Positions 1-8,357 of a stretch of DNA of 64,000 bases are shown here, piece by piece. The translations under genes were made by a program, and so were the position numbers. Position 1 is the stretch's first letter, and every line of letters begins with the position of its first letter. Under the pieces are notes generated by a model. That model did not search any database and was not told the DNA's origin. It saw only the letters and a program-made list of their open reading frames with translations. The stretch is from an uncultured Bacillota bacterium (lineage in GTDB: Bacteria; Bacillota; Limnochordia; Limnochordales; ZCTH02-B6): positions 122 through 64,121 of the forward strand of contig CALFSR010000021.1 of assembly GCA_937916565.1 (NCBI GenBank). The letters run 5' to 3'.

Positions 1-162
1 CTCGCCCTCGGCGGCAAAGATCGCAGGGATCGTACTCCCCGCCGCGTCCTCGATCACCGCGTCCAGATCGACGAAGGGCCAGCCGAGCCGGGCCGCAAGG
101 CGGCGGCCGACGGTGGTCTTGCCCGCTCCCATGAAACCAGTGAGGATCACATTATTTGCCAC
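1..162 (-). CDS. aroK: shikimate kinase, N-terminal part (gene runs off the window edge)
   Basis: Minus-strand translation from GTG at 162: [54 protein letters not shown]. It has the P-loop GxMGAGKT and the LA..LG..F.D.D..IE pattern of AroK. Absent from the ORF track because it is truncated. Confidence 0.8.
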   Translation of the reverse strand, partial: MANNVILTGFMGAGKTTVGRRLAARLGWPFVDLDAVIEDAAGSTIPAIFAAEGE

Positions 163-406
163 TTGCCAGTGGTTCTGCGTGCTCGGGCTGATTCCTGCGC
201 AGAGGCACGAAAGCGAGGACGACCCGCAAGTCCGGGCCGGCAGCTCGGAGGGCTATATCCGCGAGTTCATAATCGGCGAGGAACGGTCGCTCCCGCCGCA
301 CGCGAGCCACGAGCCTGCGCAGTTGGTTCAACACGCCGGCGGCTCGGGCCGGCCGGGGAATCCGTTCGATGACGGCGATCGTCCGGATACGGGAGCGCTT
401 GTCCAC
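152..406 (-). CDS. hypothetical 84-aa protein between yqeH and aroK
   Basis: ORF with SD AAGGAGGAGG, 8 nt, then GTG at 406. Its stop overlaps the aroK GTG by 11 nt, suggesting coupling. No family recognised. Confidence 0.3.
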   Translation of the reverse strand: MDKRSRIRTIAVIERIPRPARAAGVLNQLRRLVARVRRERPFLADYELADIALRAAGPDLRVVLAFVPLRRNQPEHAEPLASGK

Positions 407-413
407 GGGCTGC

Positions 414-460
414 GCCTCCTCCTTGCCACGCTGTACTCCAGTCTATGGCAAGGAGGCGGC
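414..460 (-). promoter_or_regulatory. stem-loop whose 3' arm contains the SD of the 152..406 ORF
   Basis: On the minus strand, GCCGCCTCCTTGCCA, a 17-nt loop, then TGGCAAGGAGGAGGC. There are 11 perfect bp (CCTCCTTGCCA/TGGCAAGGAGG) plus 3 more after one mismatch. No T tract follows. Confidence 0.35.
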
Positions 461-492
461 GCGCTATTCAGGCCGGCTGTTCCCTTGTCCCA

Positions 493-1650
493 TTAGAGAG
501 GGGCGCTGAGGAGCTCTCCGGACCGACCTTTGGGTCCAAGCAGGTTGTTCCGGACGGTCAGCCTCGCGCCTTGGGGCACTTGCACCGCCAGGGTGAGCGG
601 CCCGCCCCGCAGCGTCAGCCAGCCGAGACCATGGATCACAAGGTCTTGGGCGTGAGCAAGCGGGACCCTGTGTTCCACAGCGCCTTCCGCCGCGAGCTGG
701 ACGCGGCAGCGGGAGCAGGGCGCCCCGGACAAGGGCCGCGGCGGCTCCCGCAAAAGCTCGCGGACCCGTTCGGACCGGGTGCGATGGAGGGGCAGGCCTT
801 GGGCGCCATACGCGATGAGCACGGATCCGTCAGGCACCGGCCCGCGCACCTCCACGGCCGCAAAACCGCCGAGCAGAAGGGCTTGTCCTGGCTTCACCGT
901 CCAGAGCCGGCCCTCAAGACGCCGGTCGGGCACCACCCGCCGGGCGCAGTCAGGACAAAGGCGGTCACTCAACCGGCCCCGGGGCGGGATGCCCGGGGTG
1001 TCCAAGAGGGTGAAACCTTCAGGAGTCAGGCGCAGGCGCAAAAGGCTGTACGTGGTGCCGGGCACCGGGGAGACGGTGGGCTCCAGAGTCCCGCCGCCGA
1101 GTACTCGGCTCCAGTGGGCCAGCAGAGCCGACTTGCCCACATTGGTCACGCCGATGGCCGCGACCGTACCCCGGCCCGCGCGCTCCTCCAGCCGTTCCCA
1201 CAGAGCGCGGGTCCCCCAGCCGGTGCGGGCGCTGACGGCGTACACATCCGCCTTGGCAACGCCAAGCTCCGCCAGCCGCCGTCGAACCCACTGCTGCACC
1301 TCCGCCGCCGGTGTGCGCGGCGGCAGCAGATCGACTTTGTTGACCGCCACCACCAGCGGCTTGCTCCTCAGCTCCTCCAGCGGCACGGAGATACTAGCCT
1401 CGAAATCAAAGGCATCAGTGACCAGCAAGAGGCAGCTGGAGGCCTTCACAGCCTGCCGTACGGCTGTCCACGCAAGCGTTGCGTCGGGGGGCCCGCCGAC
1501 AACATCACCGTAGTGGCGGAGCCGAAAGCAGCGACGGCAGATCGCGGGTTCGCCGTCGCGGGCAAGCACCTCCGCCGGGACAAACCCGGGCTGCGCCGGA
1601 TCGCCGCTGTGCAGCGGGGCCCCGCACCCCGGGCACGTTCGCTCACCCAT
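493..1650 (-). CDS. yqeH: ribosome biogenesis GTPase YqeH (circularly permuted GTPase with N-terminal Zn finger)
   Basis: MGERTCPGCGAPL...CRRCFRLRHYG zinc-ribbon, then GTPase motifs (NKVDLL, GVTNVGKS). Start reset to the ATG at 1650, giving an ATGGGTGA overlap with the yqeG stop. The ORF-track start at 1734 lies inside yqeG. Confidence 0.9.
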   Translation of the reverse strand: MGERTCPGCGAPLHSGDPAQPGFVPAEVLARDGEPAICRRCFRLRHYGDVVGGPPDATLAWTAVRQAVKASSCLLLVTDAFDFEASISVPLEELRSKPLVVAVNKVDLLPPRTPAAEVQQWVRRRLAELGVAKADVYAVSARTGWGTRALWERLEERAGRGTVAAIGVTNVGKSALLAHWSRVLGGGTLEPTVSPVPGTTYSLLRLRLTPEGFTLLDTPGIPPRGRLSDRLCPDCARRVVPDRRLEGRLWTVKPGQALLLGGFAAVEVRGPVPDGSVLIAYGAQGLPLHRTRSERVRELLREPPRPLSGAPCSRCRVQLAAEGAVEHRVPLAHAQDLVIHGLGWLTLRGGPLTLAVQVPQGARLTVRNNLLGPKGRSGELLSAPL

Positions 1651-2191
1651 CGCCCGTCGCTCCCTCCCGCAGCCGCAGGTGCATCTCCTCGAGCATTCCC
1701 CGGCGCACCAACTGCCGAAGAACCCGGCGTTCAAGCCGCCGCATAAGGCGCGTCGTCCCGAGCTCCGCCGTGCTCAAAGGGTTGACCAGCACCGTAAACA
1801 TCCCCATGCGGTTGCCGCCCAGGACGTCCGTGAAAACCTGATCCCCGATGACCGCCGTTTGCTCCGGCGCCGTCCCGAGGAGCCTCAGCGCCTTGCGGAA
1901 CGAGCGCCGACGCGGCTTGATGGCGTAGGCGATGCCGGGGATGCCGAGGCTGTCAGCGAACGCCTTGACCCGGGCGGGGCGGGCGTTGGAGGTTATGCAG
2001 ACACGAAAGCCGCGCCGCTGCGCCTCCTGAACCCACTCGCGGGTGCGCGCCGGCACGGTCGCGTTGCCATACTCGGCCAACGTATTGTCAAGGTCGAGGA
2101 TGAGGGCGCGGATCCCCCGGGCGGCCAAATCCTCGAGATCAACTTCGTAAAGCGAGGCGTAGCAGGCATCGGGCGCGAGCAGGCGCAGCAC
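1643..2191 (-). CDS. yqeG: HAD-IIIA family phosphatase YqeG
   Basis: ILDLDNTL HAD motif I. SD GGAGGA, 6 nt, then GTG at 2191. Conserved yqeG-yqeH adjacency. Confidence 0.85.
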   Translation of the reverse strand: MLRLLAPDACYASLYEVDLEDLAARGIRALILDLDNTLAEYGNATVPARTREWVQEAQRRGFRVCITSNARPARVKAFADSLGIPGIAYAIKPRRRSFRKALRLLGTAPEQTAVIGDQVFTDVLGGNRMGMFTVLVNPLSTAELGTTRLMRRLERRVLRQLVRRGMLEEMHLRLREGATGDG

Positions 2192-2243
2192 GGCGTGTCC
2201 TCCATCCCGGACGGCGTTCGTTTGCGGCCGTGTGTCTCACCGG

Positions 2244-2254
2244 ATTATACCACA
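2244..2254 (-). promoter_or_regulatory. extended -10 element (TGTGGTATAAT) upstream of yqeG
   Basis: Minus strand reads ...CGCATGTGGTATAATCCGG... about 50 nt before the yqeG GTG. No good -35 was seen. Confidence 0.4.
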
Positions 2255-2336
2255 TGCGTTGCCGTCGCACCGCCTGGCCCAGCCGAAAGAGGGACTTTGC
2301 GCCTATTGCCCTGCGGCACCGGCCCCGGAGCGCCCG

Positions 2337-3038
2337 TCAACCATCGGCCAGCATCTCCCGCTGCAGCTTGGTGAGGGCACGCTTTTCGATGCGGGAAACG
2401 TAGGAGCGGGAAATACCCAGAAGGCGTGAAATGTCCCGCTGCGTCTGGCGCACGCCGTCGAGCAGCCCGTAGCGCAGTTCCAGTATGCGGCGTTCCCGCC
2501 GCGTCAACTGCCGCATGGTCCTCCGCAGCTTTTCGTGCTCAAGCTGCCACTCGACCTTCTCGACGACCGCGTCGGGTTCCGTGCCCAAAATGTCCAGCAG
2601 GGTGATCTCGTTCCCTTCTTTGTCGGCGCCGATGGGATCGTACAGAAGCACCTCGCTGCGGGTCTTTTTGCTCGAACGCAGGTGCATGAGGATCTCGTTC
2701 TCGATGCAGCGGGCCGCGTAGGTGGCAAGGCGCGTCTTCTTGCCGCGGTCGAACGTGTTAATGGCTTTGATCAACCCGATGGTGCCGATGGAGATCAAGT
2801 CGTCGGCGTCTTCGCCGGTATTGTCGAACTTCTTGACGATGTGGGCGACAAGGCGCAGGTTTCGCTCGACGAGGATGTTGCGGGCCTCCCGGTCGCCTGA
2901 GCTCATGCGCTCCAGCAGTTCCGCCTCCTCTTCAGGGGAGAGGGGCTGGGGAAAGACGCTGTTGCTGATGTAGGCCGCGACCAGCATGAGACCGTCCACG
3001 AAGGACGCGATCAGGGCGACCAAGAGGGATACCAGCAC
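2337..3038 (-). CDS. sigK: sporulation sigma factor SigK (pro-sigma-K), uninterrupted
   Basis: Close match to B. subtilis SigK blocks: FPQPLS, NLRLVAHIVKKFxNTGEDAxDLISIGTIGLIK, DPIGxDKEGNEI, ISRSYVSRIEKRAL. It has a hydrophobic pro-sequence. SD GGAGG then GTG at 3038; the ORF-track start is 3071. Confidence 0.9.
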   Translation of the reverse strand: MLVSLLVALIASFVDGLMLVAAYISNSVFPQPLSPEEEAELLERMSSGDREARNILVERNLRLVAHIVKKFDNTGEDADDLISIGTIGLIKAINTFDRGKKTRLATYAARCIENEILMHLRSSKKTRSEVLLYDPIGADKEGNEITLLDILGTEPDAVVEKVEWQLEHEKLRRTMRQLTRRERRILELRYGLLDGVRQTQRDISRLLGISRSYVSRIEKRALTKLQREMLADG

Positions 3039-3086
3039 GGGGCACGCACCTCCTGCAGGATTCGGCGGCAAAGGCCGTGCTCCGCC

Positions 3087-3116
3087 AATCTATGAGGCGG
3101 GGGTGCGCCGCGTGCC
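3087..3116 (-). promoter_or_regulatory. candidate mother-cell (sigma-E/K type) promoter of sigK
   Basis: Minus strand GGCAC-N17-CATAGATT, about 45 nt upstream of the sigK start. It resembles AC-N17-CATAnnnTA. Confidence 0.3.
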
Positions 3117-3120
3117 AGTA

Positions 3121-4212
3121 CTAGCGCTGCACTTGCTGGCGGGCTCTTACGTGCTCGTTGAAAGTGCGGGTGAAGATGTGGGTGCCGTCGCCCCGGGCAA
3201 CGAAGTAGTAGTAGTCGGTGTTGGCGGGCTCGAGTACCCCGCGGATGGCGCTCAGGCCCGGGCTGCCGATGGGACCGGGAGGCAGGCCGCGATAGAGATA
3301 AGTGTTGTACGGGGAATCGATGGCCAAGTCGGCGTAGAGAATGCGGCTGCGATGTTCGTCAAAGAGGTAGTTGATGGTCGGGTCCGCCTGCAGCGGCATG
3401 TTGACCCGCAGCCTGTTCAGAAACACGGAGGCGATGATAGGATGCTCCCGGGCGTAAAGGGCCTCGGCCTCCACGATGGAGGCCAGCGTCACGACCTCAT
3501 GCGGGCTGAGGCCCAGCGGCGCCGTGGTGCTGTTGATGACGGGCATCGCTACTTCGAGAAACCGGCTCACCATGCGCCGGATAATCTGCTCCTCGGTCAT
3601 GGAGGGCGACAGGAGATACGTGTCGGGGAACAAGTATCCCTCCAGCGACCGAACGGGCTTGTCGATGGGCGGGTGGCTGCCGTAGATGAGGCTCTCGTCG
3701 GAGGCGAGGGCGAGAAACCGCTCGCGGTCCACAAGACCCTGGTGCGCCAAGAGGTCGGCGATTTGGCGCAGGTGCAGACCTTCGGGGACCGTCACCCGCA
3801 CGGTATGCACCTGCCCGGCCTCCAGACGCCTGACGATGGTCAAAAGATCCATATCGGCGCTGAGCAGGTAGTCGCCCGCCTGCAGGCGCGCATCAAGCCC
3901 CATGATGCGGCTGACGAGCTCGAAATGGCGGCCGTTGCGGATAAGACCCGATTCCTGGAGTAGGCGGCCGATGTCGGCTGCGCTGCTCCCCGCAGGCACG
4001 GCAAAGAGAACCGCCTCGGCGTTCCGAGGCGCGGCGGCCGGCACGAGGATCGGCACGAGCACGAGGCCGGCCGCCAGGGCGGCGAACCCAGTCAACCCGA
4101 GGGCATAGGCGATGAGCCGGCACACGTAAGCGGCCACGCTCTCGCCCGTAAACCGGATGGGCCGTCGCAAGAAGGGGCGCGGCCGGGCGATCCCGGCCAG
4201 CGAACGCTCCAT
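3121..4212 (-). CDS. mltG: endolytic murein transglycosylase MltG (YceG-like)
   Basis: N-terminal TM segment and YceG domain with the signature YNTYxxxGLPPGPIxxPG. SD AAGGAGGA, 6 nt, then ATG at 4212; the ORF-track start is 4248. Confidence 0.9.
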   Translation of the reverse strand: MERSLAGIARPRPFLRRPIRFTGESVAAYVCRLIAYALGLTGFAALAAGLVLVPILVPAAAPRNAEAVLFAVPAGSSAADIGRLLQESGLIRNGRHFELVSRIMGLDARLQAGDYLLSADMDLLTIVRRLEAGQVHTVRVTVPEGLHLRQIADLLAHQGLVDRERFLALASDESLIYGSHPPIDKPVRSLEGYLFPDTYLLSPSMTEEQIIRRMVSRFLEVAMPVINSTTAPLGLSPHEVVTLASIVEAEALYAREHPIIASVFLNRLRVNMPLQADPTINYLFDEHRSRILYADLAIDSPYNTYLYRGLPPGPIGSPGLSAIRGVLEPANTDYYYFVARGDGTHIFTRTFNEHVRARQQVQR

Positions 4213-4233
4213 CGCTCGTCCTCCTTGCGACCA

Positions 4234-4262
4234 ATTATACCCGGACACGCCGCCGCTGGCAA
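4234..4262 (-). promoter_or_regulatory. sigma-A type promoter for mltG
   Basis: Minus strand TTGCCA, 17 nt, TATAAT, located about 20 nt upstream of the mltG ATG. Confidence 0.55.
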
Positions 4263-4284
4263 ACCCCGCCGCCGAAACCCCGGA

Positions 4285-4662
4285 CTAGGCGTCGCCTTCC
4301 TCCGACTCCTCGTCTTCGAGCTGCTCCAGGGCTTCCCAGACGAGGTCCAACTCCTCGTCGTCGTCCACGAAGTGGAGCACCAGCTCCCCGCTGTCGTCCG
4401 GCTCCGCCCGGAAGACGGCTACGCCCTCTTCCTCCCCCTCCTCGAGCTCGGCGGGTTCCAGCACCAGGTACGAGGCGGCATCGAGGCTGACGACCGCGCA
4501 GACGACGAACTCTCTGGACTCGCCGTCCTCGTTCAACAGGGTGATGCGCTCGGGCAGCCCGTCCAGGTGGTCGTGCTCGTGGTCATGGTCATGGCCGTGG
4601 TCGTGATCATGGTGATGCTCGTGGTCATGGCCGTGGTGTTCGTGCCCGTGCTTGTGCGTCAT
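4285..4662 (-). CDS. DUF1292/UPF0473 protein (YrzB-like) with His-rich N-terminus
   Basis: Core ITLLNEDGESREF...YLVLEP...GELVLHFVDDDEELDLVWEAL fits DUF1292. Position between ruvX and mltG matches B. subtilis yrzB. 17 of the first 32 residues are His. Confidence 0.75.
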   Translation of the reverse strand: MTHKHGHEHHGHDHEHHHDHDHGHDHDHEHDHLDGLPERITLLNEDGESREFVVCAVVSLDAASYLVLEPAELEEGEEEGVAVFRAEPDDSGELVLHFVDDDEELDLVWEALEQLEDEESEEGDA

Positions 4663-5123
4663 GATTGTTGCCCCTCTCGGTTTTCGATTTCCTTCCGCCG
4701 GCGGTCCAGGTAGGCCTGGAGGATGACGCTGGCGGCCACCTGGTCGATGACCTGCCGGCGCCGGGCCCGTGACACCCCGGCTTGCAGCAAAGTATGCTCC
4801 GCCTGAGCCGTGGAGAAACGCTCGTCCCAGTAGACGATGGGTACGCCCGCGGCTTGGGCCAACCGGCGGCCGAATGCTTGCACGGCCTCGGCCTCGGGCC
4901 CGATCCGCCCGTCCGTGCGCCGTGGCAAGCCGACGACCACTTGCCCGCAGGAGTGCTCGCGGACCAAGGCGACGAGCCGCCGCACGTCCTCGGCGACGTT
5001 GCGCCGTTCGATGACCGTTAGACCCTGGGCCGTCCAGCCTAGCTCGTCGCTGAGGGCAACGCCGATACGCCGTTCGCCGACGTCCAGCCCGAGGATGCGC
5101 TTGTCACAACTTTCCGACACCAC
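4659..5123 (-). CDS. ruvX: Holliday junction resolvase-like nuclease RuvX/YqgF
   Basis: ILGLDVGERRIGVALSD N-terminal motif and YqgF family length. 4-nt overlap with the downstream gene. Confidence 0.9.
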   Translation of the reverse strand: MVSESCDKRILGLDVGERRIGVALSDELGWTAQGLTVIERRNVAEDVRRLVALVREHSCGQVVVGLPRRTDGRIGPEAEAVQAFGRRLAQAAGVPIVYWDERFSTAQAEHTLLQAGVSRARRRQVIDQVAASVILQAYLDRRRKEIENREGQQS

Positions 5124-5159
5124 GCTTCACCCCACGTAAGCACGGCCAACGAGACTGAA

Positions 5160-5181
5160 GGCCGGCCCATCCGGGCCGGCC
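5160..5181 (-). terminator. GC hairpin after ireB
   Basis: Minus strand GGCCGGCCC-GGAT-GGGCCGGCC followed by TTCAGTCTCGTT. Confidence 0.4.
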
Positions 5182-5222
5182 GCCCATCTGCACGTTGCCC
5201 CCGGTCGCGGCTTGCTTGCGGC

Positions 5223-5486
5223 TCACCCCACCTGCCGGTCGTCCAAATACGCCTTGACGAGTTCTTCGAGAAGCTCGGAGCGCTCGACGCTGCGCACAAG
5301 GCTGCGGGCGTGGCGATGGCTGGTGATGTAGGTGGGGTCGCCCGACAGGAGGTAGCCGACGATCTGGCTGACGGGATCGTAGCCCTTCTCCTCCAGCGCT
5401 TGATACACCTCTCGGAGGATGCGCCCGGCGCGCGGCAGCCGATCGGGATCAAACCGGAACAGCATCGTGCGGTCCATGCCGGCCAT
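5223..5486 (-). CDS. ireB: UPF0297 protein IreB (YrzL-like)
   Basis: MAGMDRTMLFRF...VYQALEEKGYDPVSQIVGYLLSGDPTYITSHRHARSLV matches IreB. SD GGGAGGGGGG lies upstream of the ATG at 5486. The ORF-track 172-aa version is an artefactual extension. Confidence 0.85.
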   Translation of the reverse strand: MAGMDRTMLFRFDPDRLPRAGRILREVYQALEEKGYDPVSQIVGYLLSGDPTYITSHRHARSLVRSVERSELLEELVKAYLDDRQVG

Positions 5487-5565
5487 GATCGGCCACCCCC
5501 CTCCCCGCCGGTGATGAAGCCTGGATTCGGTGCGCACCGCCTGTTTTCCTCCACGGGCGCACGCC

Positions 5566-8226
5566 TTAGGCCTTGGAGCGGGCCGCGGCCAACTGGGAGC
5601 GGACGATTTCCTTTGCCCGTTCCAAGGCTTCAGGCAACTTGGCGGGATTGCGGCCGCCGGCCCGGGCCATATGCGGCTGCCCGCCGCCGCCGCCCTCCAC
5701 CACCTTGGCTGCCTCCCGGACGATGTTGCCCGCGTGCACACCTTCGCTCACAAGGTCCCGGCTGGCCATGGCCACCAGGCTCACTTTGCCGTCCCGAGCC
5801 GTTGCCAGCACGACGGCGCCGCTGCCAAGCCGATCCCGCAGCAGATCGCCCAAAGCCACCAGGTCGTCGGGCTCGATGTCGCTGACGCCGGCCACCAGTA
5901 CCCGAGCGCTGCCCGCCGTCTCCGCCCGGGCGAGCAGCGTATCGACTCGCAGGGCAAGGAGCTGGCCCTTGAGCGCATCGCGCTCTTTCTCCAGCCGCCG
6001 CAGCTGCGAGAGCAGCCCGTCCAACTGCTGCGGGACCTGCGCCGGCGGCGTGCGCAATCTCTCGCTGACTTCCCGCACGAGGGCTTCCTGAGCGGCCACG
6101 TGCCGCCACGCCGCGTCTCCGGCCACCGCTTCGATGCGGCGCACGCCCGCCGCGACGCTGCCTTCCGAAACGATCTTAAAGAACCCGAGCTCGCCTGTGC
6201 GCTGCACATGGGTGCCGCCGCAGAGCTCAAGGCTGTAGTCGCCGACGCGCACGACCCGCACCTGCTCGCCGTACTTTTCCCCAAAGAGCGCCTTGGCACC
6301 GAGACGGCGGGCATCGGCCAAGCTCATCTCGGTCCAGGTGACGGGCACGTCGGCAACGACCAGCTGATTGACCCGCTTCTCGAGGGCCGCAAGCTGCTCC
6401 GAGGAAACCGGTTCAAAGTGCGTGAAATCAAATCGCAGGCGATCGGGCGCGACGAGAGACCCGGCTTGATTCGCGTGTTCGCCCAGGATCTCGCCCAAAG
6501 CGGCATGCAACAAGTGCGTGGCCGTGTGGTGGCGCTGGGTTGCGGCCCGAGTCTTGCCGTCCACCGTCGCCAGCACCCGCTCGCCCACCGCCAAGCGCCC
6601 GCTGGCAACCTTGCCCTTGTGCAGGATAAGTCCAGCCTCCGTGCGCTGGGCGTCCGCGACCTCGAGCTGGCCGTCGGCGCCGGTCAGCGTGCCGGTGTCG
6701 CCCACCTGACCGCCGCCCGCGGCATAAAACGGCGTCCGGTCCAGGACGACCTCCACTTCTTGCCCGCGCGTGACCGCCGGCACGCTTTCGCCGTTGACCA
6801 AAAGAGCCAGCACCCTTGCTTCGCTCTCGAGGCGGTCGTAGCCGAGGAACTCGGTGCGCGGCAGTTGGGCGAGGGCCGGAGCCGCCTGCGTATCGCGGCC
6901 CAAGTACCCTTCCTCGCCCCGGGCGGCCCGGGCCCGCTCACGCTGCTGCTCCATCGCGGCGGCGAAGCCCTCTTCGTCGACGGTGAAGCCCCGGTCGGCC
7001 GCGATCTCCCGGCTGAGCTCCAACGGGAACCCGTACGTATCGTAGAGACGGAATACGTCGACGCCCGGCAGCACCGTCCGGCCTTCGCGCCCTGCGGCCT
7101 CCATGACTTCTTCAAGGATGGCAAGGCCCTGGTCGAGCGTCTGGTGGAAGCGCTGCTCCTCTACCTCGATGACGCGGCGGATGTAAGACTCCCGCTGCAC
7201 GATGTCGGGATAGCCGCGGCGCATCTGCTGGACGACGGTGCGGGCGATTTCGCCGAGGAACGGTTCGGTGATGCCCAAAAGCCGCGCATGTCGCACAGCC
7301 CGGCGAAGAAGGCGCCGAAGCACATACCCGCGGCCCTCGTTGCCGGGCAGGACGCCGTCGTGAATCAGGAAAGTGACCGCGCGCATGTGGTCCGTGATTA
7401 CCCGCAGCGAAACGTCGGCCTGCGGGTCGGCCTTGTAGGCTACGCCCGCCCGGGCGGCTACATGCTCAAGGATCGGCCGGACGATGTCGATCTCGAAGTT
7501 GCTGCCGACCCCCTGCAGCAGGGCCGCGGCGCGCTCAAGCCCCATGCCGGTGTCGATGCCCTTGCGCTCCAGGGGGGTGTAGTTGCCGCTCTCGTCCTTG
7601 AAGAACTGGATGAACACGAGGTTCCAGATCTCCACGAACCGTTCGCACCGCTCGCACCCCGGGCGGCAGTCGGGATGCCCGCACCCCCGTTCCGGGCCGC
7701 GGTCCACGTGGATTTCGGAACACGGCCCGCACGGGCCGACGCCGATTTCCCAGAAGTTGTCGGCCTTGCCCATGCGCACGATCCGCTCCGGAGGAAGGCC
7801 GATTTCCTTTTCCCAGATGTCAGCGGCCTCATCGTCCTCCAGGTAGACGCTGGCCCAGAGGCGGTCGGGCGCAATACCCATGCGCTCGGTGACGAACTCC
7901 CACGCCCAGGCGATAGCTTCGCGCTTAAAGTAGTCGCCGAACGAGAAGTTGCCCAGCATCTCAAAGAATGTGTTGTGCCGATCGGTCAGGCCCACCTGGT
8001 CGATGTCGGGCGTGCGCACGCACCGCTGGCACGTCGTGATGCGCGGGTGCTCGGGCACCGCTTTGCCCAGGAAGTACGGCTTAAAGGGTACCATCCCGGC
8101 CGCGGTCAATAGGAGCGTCGGGTCCCCGTGGGGCACCAGCGACGCGCTGGGCAGCCGCTTGTGATTCTTCTCCTCAAAAAAGCGCAGAAACTCCTCGCGC
8201 AGTTGGTCCCCGCTCCACTGCCGCAT
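5566..8226 (-). CDS. alaS: alanine--tRNA ligase
   Basis: 886 aa, full-length AlaRS: FFEMLGNFSFGDYFK, editing-domain HTATHLLH, and C-terminal DHHA1. Confidence 0.97.
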   Translation of the reverse strand: MRQWSGDQLREEFLRFFEEKNHKRLPSASLVPHGDPTLLLTAAGMVPFKPYFLGKAVPEHPRITTCQRCVRTPDIDQVGLTDRHNTFFEMLGNFSFGDYFKREAIAWAWEFVTERMGIAPDRLWASVYLEDDEAADIWEKEIGLPPERIVRMGKADNFWEIGVGPCGPCSEIHVDRGPERGCGHPDCRPGCERCERFVEIWNLVFIQFFKDESGNYTPLERKGIDTGMGLERAAALLQGVGSNFEIDIVRPILEHVAARAGVAYKADPQADVSLRVITDHMRAVTFLIHDGVLPGNEGRGYVLRRLLRRAVRHARLLGITEPFLGEIARTVVQQMRRGYPDIVQRESYIRRVIEVEEQRFHQTLDQGLAILEEVMEAAGREGRTVLPGVDVFRLYDTYGFPLELSREIAADRGFTVDEEGFAAAMEQQRERARAARGEEGYLGRDTQAAPALAQLPRTEFLGYDRLESEARVLALLVNGESVPAVTRGQEVEVVLDRTPFYAAGGGQVGDTGTLTGADGQLEVADAQRTEAGLILHKGKVASGRLAVGERVLATVDGKTRAATQRHHTATHLLHAALGEILGEHANQAGSLVAPDRLRFDFTHFEPVSSEQLAALEKRVNQLVVADVPVTWTEMSLADARRLGAKALFGEKYGEQVRVVRVGDYSLELCGGTHVQRTGELGFFKIVSEGSVAAGVRRIEAVAGDAAWRHVAAQEALVREVSERLRTPPAQVPQQLDGLLSQLRRLEKERDALKGQLLALRVDTLLARAETAGSARVLVAGVSDIEPDDLVALGDLLRDRLGSGAVVLATARDGKVSLVAMASRDLVSEGVHAGNIVREAAKVVEGGGGGQPHMARAGGRNPAKLPEALERAKEIVRSQLAAARSKA

Positions 8227-8282
8227 GAGAAGGATGGCCTCCCCTGTTGTGCCGCTGTCTAGAGGCGTAAAATCGTTATTTT

Positions 8283-8312
8283 ATGGTAACAAGCTGGGCC
8301 GGAGCGTGTCAA
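8283..8312 (-). promoter_or_regulatory. sigma-A type promoter for alaS
   Basis: Minus strand TTGACA, 18 nt, TG-T-TACCAT. The leader to the ATG is only about 50 nt. Confidence 0.45.
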
Positions 8313-8347
8313 GAAAGGGAAAAGGCGGGCACGGCGCCGTGCCCGCC
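8313..8347 (-). terminator. rho-independent terminator after the small ORF 8358..8561
   Basis: Minus strand GGCGGGCACGG-CG-CCGTGCCCGCC followed by TTTTCCCTTTC. Confidence 0.6.
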
Positions 8348-8357
8348 CCGCGGGCGC

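Noticed and set aside
2337-3071. Possible skin-like interruption or split of sigK
   Set aside because: All four sigma regions are collinear in a single ORF. No recombinase gene or truncated duplicate is present.
4530-4662. CAC/CAT/GAC-rich simple-sequence tract, considered as a noncoding microsatellite
   Set aside because: It is in frame with, and continuous with, the DUF1292 core. It starts at an ATG whose 4-nt overlap with the ruvX stop indicates coupling. It is therefore treated as a coding His-rich tract and reported as a finding instead.
5530-8112. 860-aa plus-strand ORF, plus several ORFs of 150-190 aa, across 5.5-8.2 kb
   Set aside because: It lies exactly antisense to alaS, whose product is an unambiguous full-length AlaRS. 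The plus-strand translation is Arg/Ala/Gly/Pro-rich low-complexity sequence typical of stop-poor frames in high-GC DNA.
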